A DNA stretch of 64,000 nt from Alphaproteobacteria bacterium (GTDB lineage Bacteria > Pseudomonadota > Alphaproteobacteria > MPNO01 > UBA830). A program made the position numbers and the translations under genes. The stretch is from assembly GCA_038131485.1 (NCBI GenBank), contig JAYPPO010000007.1, forward strand, positions 26,950-90,949, given 5' to 3'. This document shows, in pieces, positions 1-12,324 of this stretch (the first letter of the stretch is position 1; each line of letters starts with the position of its first letter). Under the pieces are notes generated by a model. That model did not search any database. It had not been told where the DNA came from and saw only the letters and a list, made by a program, of their open reading frames with translations.

Positions 1-1551
1 GCGCTCTCGGTACATCCAGAGGTTCGAGAGCACGCGCTCGATGAAGATGCGGGTCTCGCGCGCAGGGATGCTCTCGATGAACATCAGCCCATCGTCATAG
101 TCGTTTCGCTTCGCGCGGCGCTGCCACTTCTTGAGGTTGCCGGGTCCGCCGTTATAAGCAGCTGCAATCAGCAGCAGATCGCCCTTGATGTGGTCGTTGT
201 CCATCAGGTGGAGAATGTATTTCTGTCCTAGAGACATATTGAGCGCGGGATCGTAGAGCTGATTCCGGTTGCGGCCGCTGAAACGCTTCTGAGCGATGAA
301 GGCGGCCGTTGCCGGCATGAGCTGCATCAGACCGCGCGCCAGCTCGAACTTCTTGGCCCGGACGTTGAACGCGGATTCTGACGCATGAAGGCGAATATCA
401 GGCCCTGTCGACGGTGAACCCTTCTTTATCAGTTCGGGACCGGATCGAAGAGGGCGGGCGTGCGGGCGATTTTCGCGCTTTCGGTAAGTGCGAGACCGCG
501 CGACTGACCGGGCAGCGATTCCCGATCGGCGATCGCAACGAGGGCTTCCGTCAAATTCGGATCGCCCGTGTGAGCGAGGAAGCGGAGTTCGCGTTCGGCG
601 CGTCTTGTCATTCCCACTGCAAGAAGCGCCAGCGCACGACGGCCGGCCTTAAGGTCCTTCACTATCGTTAGCCGATCAGGGGTAAGCCGCGGCGGCGTCC
701 AGTCGAACGGCGAAGTGTCGCCAAGCCAGCGGCGAGCGAGGATGCCGTAGAATGTGTGCGGCTCTTCGGCCGCAATTCGCAGGAAACGGTTCACGCGCTC
801 TGGACGCTTGCCCGTCATGTTCGCGCGTGCCGCCCAAAAAGCAGCCGCGGCATTATCCCAGCCGCTCACTTCGCTCGACTGAGTGACGGCTTCGAAGTGA
901 TCGGCCGCGGACACATAATTGCCGAGGCGGAAGGCAGAGAGACCCGCTATCCAGTGAGCGTAGGGCAATTTCGTTCCTGCCCGTTTCGCGGCGACGGTCG
1001 CATCTCGATAAGCTTTCTTGCTGTCGCCGTGGAAAAACCAGCCCGATGCGATGTGCGTCCGCGCTAGTTCGAGACCCGTCGGGCCGAGTTTGCGGGCGAT
1101 ATCTTTTCGGGCGATGTAATTGCCGGCAGAGGTCAGCTGGCGCCTCCAGACCATGCGCTGAACATGTGAGACAATCTGCTTTTCTTGGTGTCGGACCGGC
1201 CGATAGCCGCTGTGTTCGATGATCGCCGCGGTTTCAACCCTGCGAAGAAGCGCTTGTCCGGTCGGACGCGCAGCCACTTTTACCGGCTTCCGTTTCTGCG
1301 CGAGATTGCGGCGATCCCGCGTATTCCTTCACAAGGCAAGCTCGCCGTACCGGGTAATGCGTCGTTGAAGTCGTTGGGCCAGAACGTGACCCATGAGGAG
1401 CCTGTCGTCGAGCTTGCGGATGCGCCGCGGGCCTGCCGGTTCTGGGCGTCAAGATTTGGGTCGGAAGGCGAGATTTCGCATCGCGGCGGTCACTTCGGGT
1501 GCCGGGTCCCCAGGCCGCTGAAATAGCGACCAAGTCCAAACGCGCGAACAA
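1..1551 (-). pseudogene. Lytic murein transglycosylase (SLT-domain family); 3' end runs off the window, frame broken
   Basis: Minus-strand translation of 1-428 gives the SLT catalytic region (HASESAFNVRAKKFELARGLMQLMPATAAF ... AAAYNGGPGNLKKW). ORF 429-1277 encodes the upstream helical part and stops at TGA 429-431, one frame away from the catalytic domain. Further N-terminal fragments (LMGHVLAQR, KEYAGSPQS) lie in other frames up to ~1551. The N-terminal limit is approximate. Confidence 0.7.
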
Positions 1552-1642
1552 GATGTTGAATTTTCAACCTATTCCCCTGCATGTGCGGGACTATATTTAT
1601 GAAACGCGGTTAATTTTTTGATATTTTGTAGATAAATGAACC

Positions 1643-2438
1643 TCAGAAAGTTAGAGACCCCCGCCCGCCCAGCGGTCATTGGAGCCGCGATTTCAGTAGG
1701 TGCCATTTTCTGCCCTGCTGGCGAGCAGAGGGGACCACGCCCGGAAGTCCCAGCGGCCGCGGGCTGCTGGCAGAGGGTTCCGCCGACAAGGACTATAATC
1801 TTTGGGCCCCAAGAGTGATGTGACGTTCGAGAAACGGCAGGCAGGCCACGATTTCGGCATCGGTTGGATTGCGGTTTCCAGGCGGCCGCCAAGCGGAAAA
1901 GGTTTGATATATAAAGTTTGCGTTCGGTTGAGCCCGATCGCTTCTAGCATTTGTCGAGTAGCCGTCCTGCTGGGGCCGACGAAGGGCAGACCCTGGCGAT
2001 CTTCCTCCGCGCCCGGCGCTTCGCCGATAGCATGAGGTCGGCGCCAGGGGAACGTCCGGAACACGAAGTTCGTGGCCGTCTCCTTCAGCGGGCAGCCGTC
2101 GAAAGCCTCGAATGCGGCACGTAGCTCGTCATCGACGCGGTTGGCTGGATTTCTGGGCGGTCTGCAGCGGCTGAACGGGACTGCAGCGGCGGTGTCGGAA
2201 TCGCGGGCACGGCCGTCGCGAGGTCCTGCTGGATTTCCGCGACGAGATCTGGCGCGCGGTATGCAGAGCTTTCCGCTTCGGCCGAGGCGGCAGAAACATG
2301 CGAAGTTCTGGGGGTGGTCGCGAAGCGGTCGACCGGTGCGTCGCCGATGGTCTCGTCGGCGCCGGCATCGACGTACCAAGCTAGTAGCGCCCTACGCGCG
2401 AGGTCCTGATAGTCGGTTGGGAAAGTCGATTCACTCAT
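1643..2438 (-). pseudogene. Uracil-DNA glycosylase family 4, multiply frameshifted
   Basis: ORF 2085-2438 ([39 protein letters not shown]) looks like a family-4 UDG N-terminus. The core continues in a second frame (ORF 1693-2379: [42 protein letters not shown]) and a third (ORF 1569-1892: [10 protein letters not shown]). The 3' end is approximate. Confidence 0.7.
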
Positions 2439-2520
2439 GAACGAAGTCTACCCGAATCCGGCATTCGTGAATATGCTGGAGCACAGTGCTATATCGTGAA
2501 AGGCAAATACGGAGCGCGAC

Positions 2521-4194
<1,674 letters not shown>

Positions 4195-4336
4195 TAAGTG
4201 TTCGTGGTAAAAACTTGTATAATTAGCCAAGCGGCAGTTGAGCTTGGGCTGCTTGCGGAACCGGGCTATTCACGGGTTTGCGGTAGAAATCGGCAGGTGT
4301 GGCGCGGGCAGGCAGCAAGGACGGAGTAGGTAAGTC

Positions 4337-6112
4337 ATGGACATAGGGAAGCGGGTCTCGACCGACATGCTGACTGCGGTTGTGGCGGCTTTGTTCGTGA
4401 TGTTGGGCTATGGCACGGCGGCTCAATCTGGAGAAACGCCGGTCCTCAATTCGATATTCACGGACTCGGCGCGCGGCGCGCCCAGGGACACGCCTCTGCT
4501 TGCCACGGCTTCCAGGATCGGCAACTACCTTGCCGGCAGCTATGCTATGAAGAACCGCGACTTTTCCGCGGCATCCGATCTTCTTAAGCGCGCGCTGGAA
4601 GTCGATCCCACAGATACGGCGCTACTGCGCCAAGCCTTCATTGCGAAAATTTCAGACGGCAATGTCGACGAAGCCGTCGCAATGGCGCGTCTTATTGTCG
4701 ATCGCAACGGCAATACGCCTATCGAGCGCCTTGCGCTCGTCGTTGGCGCGATCAAAAAGGGTGACTTCGCAACCGCGGACGCCCAGCTTGCAAAGTTCCC
4801 TAACCGGGGTTTCAGCGGTTTTATGAAGCCGCTGCTGAGGGCCTGGACGCTTGTCGGTCTCGGTCGGGGCGACGAGGCGATTGCCGCGCTGGAACCGCTA
4901 AGGAGCCAAACTGGCCTTCGAGTTCTCTACGAACTGCATGCGGCACTCGTCTCCGATCTTAACGGTCGCAGTGACGAGGCGGTACGGCACTACGAACTCG
5001 CGCGAGACAATGCGCGCCGACCGACATTGCGGGTCGTACAGGGGCTTGGACGGCATTATGAGGTTGCTGGCGAAAAGCAAAAAGCCGGTGCGCTCTATCG
5101 GGCTTATCTCAGCGAAAATCCCGATTCGGTGGTGCTGCAGCTCGCCCTACAACGGCTGGAGAAGGGAGAAAAGCCGTTGTTTATGGTGGCGAGTCCGCAG
5201 GAGGGTATCGCGGAGGCGCTGTTCAATATCGCTAGCACGATGACGCGCGAAAATTCTGCGCAGTTGGCACTTATCTACGGCCGGTTGGTAACATATTTGC
5301 GCGGCGAGTTCGATCTTGCAGACATGCTTGTCGCCGGCCTTCTTGAATCGATGGACCGACATGCCAATGCCGCGGTCGTTTACGGAAAGATTGCAGCCAC
5401 GTCTCCGCTCTATTGGTCTGCGCAACTCCGGATTGCCGGCAACCTCGAGGCGATGGATCGCGACGACGATGCGGTCGTGCTGCTCAGGAAACTGGCCACA
5501 CAGTTTCCGGAGAGGCCCGATCCGCTGGTCAGCCTTGGCGACATCTTTAGGTCGAACAAGCGCTACGAAGAGTCGGTCGACGCCTACGACCGCGCATTAA
5601 AGGTGATCGGAGATATAGATCAGCGTCACTGGACGCTTCTTTATTCGCGCGGGATATCGCTGGAAAGGTTGAATCGCTGGCCACGGGCCGAGCAGGATTT
5701 CCAGAAAGCGCTGGAGCTCAATCCCGAGCAGCCCTACGTCTTGAACTATCTGGGCTATTCGTGGGTCGATCAGGGAATTAATCTGCAGGAGGCGCGACGC
5801 ATGATCGAGCGCGCGGTGGAGTTGCGTCCCGACGACGGTTACATAGTCGACAGTCTGGGATGGGTGCTGTATCGGCTGCGCGACTTCGATGGTGCGGTCG
5901 CGGAACTGGAACGCGCGGTCGAGTTGCGGCCGCAGGACCCGACGATCAACGATCATCTCGGGGATGCATACTGGCGCGTTGGCCGCCGGAACGAGGCCCG
6001 TTTCCAGTGGATTCGCGCGCTGGCGCTGAAGCCCGATGAGGAACAGATTCCCGTAATCGAGAAAAAGCTGCGCGATGGACTTCCCGCCGGCCGCGCCCAA
6101 AAGGACAGTTGA
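4337..6112 (+). CDS. Tetratricopeptide-repeat protein with N-terminal signal/anchor
   Basis: Uninterrupted 591-aa ORF. It has a hydrophobic N-terminus (LTAVVAALFVMLGYGTAAQ) and repeated TPR-like units (e.g. AEQDFQKALELNPEQPYVLNYLGYSW, AVAELERAVELRPQDPTINDHLGDAYW). It sits directly upstream of ispE. Confidence 0.85.
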   Translation: MDIGKRVSTDMLTAVVAALFVMLGYGTAAQSGETPVLNSIFTDSARGAPRDTPLLATASRIGNYLAGSYAMKNRDFSAASDLLKRALEVDPTDTALLRQAFIAKISDGNVDEAVAMARLIVDRNGNTPIERLALVVGAIKKGDFATADAQLAKFPNRGFSGFMKPLLRAWTLVGLGRGDEAIAALEPLRSQTGLRVLYELHAALVSDLNGRSDEAVRHYELARDNARRPTLRVVQGLGRHYEVAGEKQKAGALYRAYLSENPDSVVLQLALQRLEKGEKPLFMVASPQEGIAEALFNIASTMTRENSAQLALIYGRLVTYLRGEFDLADMLVAGLLESMDRHANAAVVYGKIAATSPLYWSAQLRIAGNLEAMDRDDDAVVLLRKLATQFPERPDPLVSLGDIFRSNKRYEESVDAYDRALKVIGDIDQRHWTLLYSRGISLERLNRWPRAEQDFQKALELNPEQPYVLNYLGYSWVDQGINLQEARRMIERAVELRPDDGYIVDSLGWVLYRLRDFDGAVAELERAVELRPQDPTINDHLGDAYWRVGRRNEARFQWIRALALKPDEEQIPVIEKKLRDGLPAGRAQKDS

Positions 6113-6122
6113 GACCGCGCAA

Positions 6123-7061
6123 ATGTCTGCGACGGAACGGGATAGACGACTCGCGCTTGACGCCCCGGCAAAGATCAATCTGTTTCTCCATGTTGTCGGC
6201 CGGCGCGACGACGGCTATCACTTTCTCGACAGCACTGTTGCGTTCGCCGGTGTCGGCGACACTCTCTACGCCTCGGCCGGCGACGGCTTGTCGCTTAAAA
6301 TTTTTGGGCCCTTCGCCGAAACGCTGATCAGCGACATGGAGGATAATCTCGTTCTGCGGGCGGCGCGTGCCCTGCGCGATGCAGCGGCAATCACCGGCGG
6401 CGCTATGCTATCCTTGGACAAGCGTCTTCCGGTCGCGTCCGGCATCGGCGGCGGCTCTGCCGATGCAGCAGCAGCGCTCAGGCTTCTAGCGCATCTTTGG
6501 AGCCTGCCGGAGGAGGCCACGGTCGGGCTTGCGATCGGATTGGGTGCCGACGTTCCTGTCTGCCTGCGTTCCGCATCGTCCCGCGTCGGCGGGATCGGGG
6601 ACGCTGTCGAACCTTTGAATTCGTTACCCGCATGCGGCGTCGTCCTCGTGAATGCGGGTGAGGGCATATCCACTCCTGCTGTATTCGCCGCACGATCCGA
6701 TGGTTTCTCGAATCCAGCTGCTTGGAGGTCGCCGTCGTCCTATTCGGACTTCATCGAATTGCTCCGCGAGACACGGAATGACCTTGCCGACGCAGCCCTG
6801 TCAATTTCGCCCTCCATCGGGGACGTTCTCGCTGCGCTGAAACGTACCCAAGGGTGCGACATCGCCCGCTTGTCTGGAAGCGGCGGCACATGCTTCGCGT
6901 TGTATGAGACGGCGGACGCGGCCTCTGCGGCAGCGGATGCGCTAACGGCAGACCGGCCTGGATGGTGGGTGCGGGCTACCCAGTTTATGAGGACCGCCCC
7001 CTCGATCCGAGAGGGGCATCTTAGCGCGCAGATTCGCGCGCTTCGTCGGAAATGCCTTTGA
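6123..7061 (+). CDS. ispE: 4-diphosphocytidyl-2-C-methyl-D-erythritol kinase
   Basis: The ATG at 6123 gives MSATERDRRLALDAPAKINLFLHVVGRRDDGYH. GHMP-kinase motif LPVASGIGGGSADAAAAL. The ORF track's upstream extension (6075) overlaps the TPR gene end. Confidence 0.9.
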   Translation: MSATERDRRLALDAPAKINLFLHVVGRRDDGYHFLDSTVAFAGVGDTLYASAGDGLSLKIFGPFAETLISDMEDNLVLRAARALRDAAAITGGAMLSLDKRLPVASGIGGGSADAAAALRLLAHLWSLPEEATVGLAIGLGADVPVCLRSASSRVGGIGDAVEPLNSLPACGVVLVNAGEGISTPAVFAARSDGFSNPAAWRSPSSYSDFIELLRETRNDLADAALSISPSIGDVLAALKRTQGCDIARLSGSGGTCFALYETADAASAAADALTADRPGWWVRATQFMRTAPSIREGHLSAQIRALRRKCL

Positions 7062-7179
7062 GGCGCTAGGGCGTGCTGGCATCCGCCATTTTGCGATTGA
7101 AGAGCACCCGTTCGCAGCCAAACATCTTCCAGCGTTGCAGAGATGTTGCTTCTTCCGATATGTTCACGCCGCGCCGGGT

Positions 7180-7256
7180 TGGGGCGTAGCCAAGTCGGTA
7201 AGGCAACGGGTTTTGATCCCGTGATTCTGCAGGTTCGATCCCTGCCGCCCCAGCCA
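7180..7256 (+). tRNA. tRNA-Gln (anticodon TTG)
   Basis: The cloverleaf is readable by eye: acceptor TGGGGCG/CGCCCCA, anticodon stem ACGGG/CCCGT with loop TTTTGAT, T-arm GCAGG-TTCGATC-CCTGC, encoded CCA. Confidence 0.9.
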
Positions 7257-7298
7257 GCGCATTTCGCTCGCAGCGTCTTTTACCCAAGGCTCGCCCGC

Positions 7299-7530
7299 AT
7301 GACCGCGCAACCTTGTCTTCTCGATGCTTCGGGGCTTCGCTGCCCGCTTCCCGTTCTACGCGCCCGCAAGGTTCTTGCAGGACTGGAAGCCGGCACGCTG
7401 CTGGAAGTTGCGGCGACTGATCCAGCTGCGCCGGCTGACTTCGAGGCATTCTGCAGGAAGCTGGACACAAACTGCTAGAATCCAGACCGACGACGACGTC
7501 CACCGAATCAGGATCCGCAAGAAGGCCTAG
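7299..7530 (+). pseudogene. TusA/SirA-like sulfurtransferase, two frameshifts near the 3' end
   Basis: The ATG at 7299 gives MTAQPCLLDASGLRCPLPVLRARKVLAGLEAGTLLEVAATDPAAPADFEAFCRK, which carries the CPxP motif. The C-terminus continues in two other frames (GHKLLESR, then DDDVHRIRIRKKA, stop at 7528-7530). Confidence 0.6.
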
Positions 7531-7868
7531 GCTTTCGCGCGGACTTTGCATGGCAGGGACGCGCGTTTCGCGAGTTCGACAGCACCCCGAACGGAGAGGG
7601 CGAGGAGGGCTGTCGGCGGGGCGCTTTCACGGATCAGAGCCGCGTCATCAGGGTGAATGGGCTCGGAGGTATCCACCTAGCCTGATCAGGGCGCAGCGTT
7701 TCGCCGTGCCGACATTCATGCCCGCTGCGGCTTGATCGCGAGAGAGACAGGCGCGCCCGCTATTACGCAGCCGAGCGACCTGATAGCATCTCGGAGTTCG
7801 AACAACCAGTCAGCTCACAAGAAACCGCGTGACGGTGCTAGGGATGCCGGTGGAGGTAACAGGGCAGG

Positions 7869-9068
7869 TCAAAAACGCTGGTCGCGGGAGAAGAAGAGCA
7901 GCCCTATCGCGAGGAACATGAAGGTCGCCGAGAGATAAGAACCCCATTGGTTAGGCCGCCGTCGAGAAGCGCGCCATAAATCAGTGGCGCTGCCGCCTGG
8001 CCGACATTGAACCCCGTGCTGACCAACGCGAAGACCGTTCCCAGAGAGCCGACCGAGCAAGTTCGCGCACCATCATGTCGCGGGCCGGATTGACGATCCC
8101 GCGGGCTAGCCCGCCAATCACGAACGCACCCAAGACTGCCGCCACCGGCATCCAAGCGGTTCCAACCAACAGAAGCAGGGCGCCATAAAGCCCAAACATG
8201 ACGACGAGCACGAGGTCATGGCGTTTGGTTCGGTCGGCAAGCCAACCGCCGACAAGCGTCCCCGCCGCCGTGCTGAATAATAGTGCGGACAGCAGGTAAC
8301 TCGCGGTTTGGACCGAAACGCCATAGAGCTCTGGCAGAAACACTGCGGCGAAACCCGTCAGTGCGATGTTGGCGGAGGAGGTAAGAACGTAAAACATAAA
8401 TAGTAGGATGACAGCGCGGCTGACGATTGCCGTCAGCGGCTTGGCGTCTCCTGCTTTTTTCTTTCGGTCGGCATCCTCGCGCAGCGTATTACCTGAGAAG
8501 ACGAAGACCAGGCTAAGAGCCATTCCGACGAACCCGCGACATTGAGGCTGACCGCCAGTCGGTGACGGTGATGAGCAAGGCCATGCTAGCCGGCCCCGCT
8601 GTGGTTCCCAGCGACCCGCCGAAGGAATGCATGGAGTAGGCCCGACCGTGCCGACTAGAATCGACCGATGCGGTCAGTATCACGTAGTCCGCCGGGTGGA
8701 AGACGCTGTTGCCCGCGCCCGAGACGAGAAACAGCACCAACAGCGCCCAGTAGGATTCCGTGAAGCCGGCCAATGCGAAGGCGGACGACGTAACGAACAG
8801 GCCGCCTATCAGGACTCGCCGAGCGCCGAAGCGGTCGACGAGGACGCCCATCGGAGTTTGCAGCGCGCCTGTCGCGACGTTGTAAGCCGTCAGAACGGCG
8901 CCGAGTTCAACGAAGGATACGCCCAGGTCGCGATGCATCGCGGGGAACAGGGGCGCCAGCCCGAACATGTAAAAGTGGCTCAGGAAGTGGCTGAATCCGA
9001 TCAGGCCTGATGGCCCGAACTCCCCGGCCGACGCTCGCGGTCGCGGCCGTCATAGCGGTTCGCGCCAT
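7869..9068 (-). pseudogene. MFS transporter, frameshifted (at least 3 frames)
   Basis: Fragments: 8513-8968 (FGLAPLFPAMHRDLGVSFVELGAVLTAYNVATGALQTPMGVLVDRFGARRVL), 7981-8523 (12-TM-like C-half), 7904-8155 (VGSLGTVFALVSTGFNVGQAAAPLIYGALLDGG) and 7869-8060 (SATFMFLAIGLLFFSRDQRF, then stop). The probable ATG at 9068 is in yet another frame. Total length is ~400 codons. Confidence 0.7.
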
Positions 9069-9557
9069 GCCACCGCTGACCATCTATTCGAGAATTTTTT
9101 ATTATCCATGGCAAGAATTCGCATCAACCGCTTTTGATGGCTCGGCGGCAATGCCCCACCTGATAATCGAGAGAGCGCCGAGGTTCAATATGGAGGAGCA
9201 ATAAAGTAGTTGCGGATTGGCACGGTCGGTAATTGGCGCTTTTTCCAACTCGCAGGGCTTTCCCCCTTTTCCATTCTCTTTCTGATTATGGCCGAGTGGG
9301 CGTTTTCGGGATTGTCGGGGCGTTTCCAGAATTGCCTGCTGAGCAATCCGCGCTTCGGCCATCTCTCGATCGAGTAGCGAGAGTAGGGCGCCATTCCTGT
9401 TCGCGCGAAAACCCTCGCGGTCGCGATGAGCACGGCGAGTTTCGCTCGGGCCTTTGTCTACGCGGGAAACAGCTGTGAATTTCCAGTCGCTGTCGATGTC
9501 GTCTAGCCAGTCGATGCGGCATTCGTCGTCACGCGCTGAAAAGCGCGACGCGCAGCG

Positions 9558-10076
9558 CTAGTCCAGATACAGGCCGCGATGCCGATGCCAATCCTCGATT
9601 CCCTCGTCCGGATACAACTCGAAGTACTTGTCTCTGGGCCCGTCCGATACCGGTACCCAAGACGCTTTGTATCTCAGCATCAGGTTGGTGATGGTCGGCG
9701 GTTTGGGAAGGTCGGTATCTATGGCGGTGGCGCAGGGGTAGACCCAGTCGGGGTACTGAGGATTGAAAATGTAGAGTGGCGATCCGCAGATCTTGCAGAA
9801 ATGTTTGCGCGAATAGCCCAGCCCGTCGTTTTCGTATGCGCCGCGGTGGTTGTTCGCCGACCGGTAGACGGTGATGTTGTCGGCGCCTTCCACTTTCATC
9901 GTGGCGATGTCGGCCATGATGTTGACAGTATATCCTGAGCCGCCGCCCTTCCGACATTTGGTGCAGTAGCAGCGGTTGAACGGGTAAGGGGTATGCGAGT
10001 CCACGGTGAAAGTCACCGTCCCGCAATGGCAGGAGCCTTCGAGCTTCATGATCGCCTCCGAAATAGTCGTTTTCAT
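9558..10076 (-). CDS. GFA (glutathione-dependent formaldehyde-activating enzyme-like) family protein
   Basis: Cys-rich zinc motifs typical of GFA/Mss4-like proteins: GSCHCGTVTF, CYCTKCRKGGGSGY, FCKICGSPL. The start could instead be the internal MKLEGSCHCG. Confidence 0.8.
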   Translation of the reverse strand: MKTTISEAIMKLEGSCHCGTVTFTVDSHTPYPFNRCYCTKCRKGGGSGYTVNIMADIATMKVEGADNITVYRSANNHRGAYENDGLGYSRKHFCKICGSPLYIFNPQYPDWVYPCATAIDTDLPKPPTITNLMLRYKASWVPVSDGPRDKYFELYPDEGIEDWHRHRGLYLD

Positions 10077-10176
10077 TGATTAATCGATCCTATCCGGTGC
10101 ACCGCCGTTTCCGCCAGGACCGGAAATCCTGTATGTTCTCGGCGCTTTAAGACCGGGTTAGAGGAATAGACGACAA

Positions 10177-11781
10177 ATGGCCGAGAATTTCCGCGAACTT
10201 ATCGACGACCTACGCGATGCGGATCAGCTTATCGAGATCGAGAAGCCCGTCGATATCCGCCACATCGCGACTCTGGTCGACCAGTCAGAAAAGGCGCTGA
10301 TGTTCACAAACGTCAACGGCTACGACATGCCGGTCGTCTCGGGCGTTACCAACAGCCGTGAAAGGCTTGCGATCGCGGCCGGTTGCGATTTTTCTGAGAT
10401 CGAGGCGCGGCTCCGCGAGGGGTTGGACCATCCAATCGAGCCAGAGTTTGTCAATACCGGTCCCGCCCGCGAGGTCTATTTCGAGGGACACGACGTCGAT
10501 CTCTACGGCATGCCGATCCCGTTGTTCTCGGTCCTCGATGGCGGCCCAATGATCACCGCCGGGGTGACCTTGTCACGTGATCCGGATGACGGCGAGGACG
10601 CGCCTATTAATGCGGGGGTCTATAGGTTCCTCGTGAAGGAGAAGAACCTGACGGGTATAGACATCGTGACGCCCAACAATCTTCATCGCTACGCGGCGAA
10701 GGCGTATGAGAAGGGAGAGCCGCTGCCGATATCGATCAATATCGGTACGCACCCGTTCGAGCTGATCTGCTCTACCTACAAGGCGCGCGCAGGGGTGTCG
10801 GAACTTGGCATTGCCGGCGGCATGCGCGGCAAGGGCGTGCCGCTGACCCAGTGCCAGACCATAGACATGCCGTGCATCGCGGACGCCGAGATCGTGCTGG
10901 AAGCAGAGATTTTGCCCACCGGCTGGACGCAGCCCGAGGGCCGATTCGGGGAGTTTACGCGTCTAATGGGTGGTCTCCACTGGAACCCGCACGTGCGCAT
11001 TAAGGCGGTCTCGATGCGTAAAAATCCACTCTATTATGCACTGCACATGCCGTGGGAAAACATCTGGCCGTCCGGCCCAATCTACGAAGCCGCGGTGCGC
11101 CGGGTGCTGGACGAGGCTGGCGTCAACGTCACCGCGGTCAACATCACCCCGGGTGGCTGTTGCCACTGGCATGCGATCATCGCGATCAAGCCGCTGCCGG
11201 GCGATGGCAAGAACGCGATTACGGCAGCCTTGTCAGTTGCTGACATGAAGCACGTGACAGTCGTCGATGACGACATCGACATCTTCGATCCTGTCGACGT
11301 CGAGTGGGCTGTTGCGACACGCGTTCAAGCCGACCGCGACGTGGTCATCATCTCGGGCGCTCGATCAAAGCCGCTCGACCCATCGCTGCCGCCGCCCGGG
11401 CCGTATTCGCGTGTTCCGACCACGGCGAAAATGGGCATCGATGCGACCATCCCCGACAATGTGCCGCGCGAGCGCTTTCACCGCATCGCCTATGCCTACG
11501 CCGATGAGGTGAGGTTGGAGGACTTCATCGGGGATGCTGGCGGGAAGGTCCCGAAACTGGAGCCGATCATCAACGAAAAGCTGGCGAGCGTTATCAAGCA
11601 GACGATCTCGGAAAAACCACTCTATTTTGCAGAGCTGTGTGAGCTGTTCGTTGCCTATGGTTTCCAGGCCGTGACGCGGGCGATCGGCACGCTGCACGAG
11701 AACGGCATCCTGTGGCAGGATGCTGAAGGCCGGTTTTGTCTCAAGGGCTCGCAGTTCGCGGCGGTGCCGCCAAAACGTTAG
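10177..11781 (+). CDS. UbiD-family (prFMN-dependent) decarboxylase with C-terminal extension
   Basis: Intact 534-aa ORF with UbiD-like motifs INAGVYRFLV and PEGRFGEFTRLMGG. An extra ~70-aa helical tail follows (KPLYFAELCELFVAYGFQAVTRAIGTLHENGILWQDAEGRFCLKG). Confidence 0.85.
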   Translation: MAENFRELIDDLRDADQLIEIEKPVDIRHIATLVDQSEKALMFTNVNGYDMPVVSGVTNSRERLAIAAGCDFSEIEARLREGLDHPIEPEFVNTGPAREVYFEGHDVDLYGMPIPLFSVLDGGPMITAGVTLSRDPDDGEDAPINAGVYRFLVKEKNLTGIDIVTPNNLHRYAAKAYEKGEPLPISINIGTHPFELICSTYKARAGVSELGIAGGMRGKGVPLTQCQTIDMPCIADAEIVLEAEILPTGWTQPEGRFGEFTRLMGGLHWNPHVRIKAVSMRKNPLYYALHMPWENIWPSGPIYEAAVRRVLDEAGVNVTAVNITPGGCCHWHAIIAIKPLPGDGKNAITAALSVADMKHVTVVDDDIDIFDPVDVEWAVATRVQADRDVVIISGARSKPLDPSLPPPGPYSRVPTTAKMGIDATIPDNVPRERFHRIAYAYADEVRLEDFIGDAGGKVPKLEPIINEKLASVIKQTISEKPLYFAELCELFVAYGFQAVTRAIGTLHENGILWQDAEGRFCLKGSQFAAVPPKR

Positions 11782-11808
11782 GTTTTTGGACCTCTGAGGG
11801 GGTGCTGC

Positions 11809-12324
11809 CTAAGCGTCGTATTTGATCAGTGAATGTATCGGGACGTCGAGCTTCGAGCGGCCGTTGAGGAAGTTAAGCTCGATGATGAAGGCCGAGGCGA
11901 CTACGTCTGCGCCGAGTCTGCGAAGCAGTTCAACGGCCGCCGCGGCCGTCCCGCCGGTCGCGAGCAGGTCGTCCATGACGACAACTTTCTGCCCTTCGGC
12001 CAGTGCGTCCGCCTGGATCTCGATGGTATCAGAGCCGTATTCGAGGTCGTAAGTGTGCGCGACCGTGTCGCCGGGCAGCTTGCCCTTCTTGCGGATCATG
12101 GTGAACCCGACCCCGAGCCGAAGCGCGAGTGGCGCCGCCACCAGGAAACCGCGCGACTCGATGCCGATTAGGCGTTCGGGCCGAAAGGGCTCGATCGCGT
12201 CGGCCAGGCGCTCGATCGTGGCCGACCAAGCCTCGGCGTGCTGTAGCAGCGTCGAGATGTCGTAAAACAGTATGCCGGGCTTGGGGAAGTCCAAAATTGA
12301 CCGAATATGGTCTTTCAAATCCAT
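11809..12324 (-). CDS. apt: Adenine phosphoribosyltransferase
   Basis: 171 aa. N-terminal region [18 protein letters not shown] and PRPP-binding loop [16 protein letters not shown]. Confidence 0.9.
   Translation of the reverse strand: MDLKDHIRSILDFPKPGILFYDISTLLQHAEAWSATIERLADAIEPFRPERLIGIESRGFLVAAPLALRLGVGFTMIRKKGKLPGDTVAHTYDLEYGSDTIEIQADALAEGQKVVVMDDLLATGGTAAAAVELLRRLGADVVASAFIIELNFLNGRSKLDVPIHSLIKYDA

Noticed and set aside
7066-7551. ORFs overlapping tRNA-Gln (7066-7551 minus strand, and the 5' part of 7143-7478 plus strand).
   Set aside because: They run through a clear tRNA gene. Only the part from ATG 7299 has a protein signature (TusA CPxP).
9069-9557. Several overlapping 60-86-aa ORFs downstream of the GFA gene. 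One frame is open from the GFA stop (..DDECRIDWLDDIDSDWKFTAVSRVDKGPSETRRAH..MAEARIAQQAILE).
   Set aside because: There is no start codon for most of the open frame, no recognisable family, and a low-complexity charged composition. I left the region unannotated.
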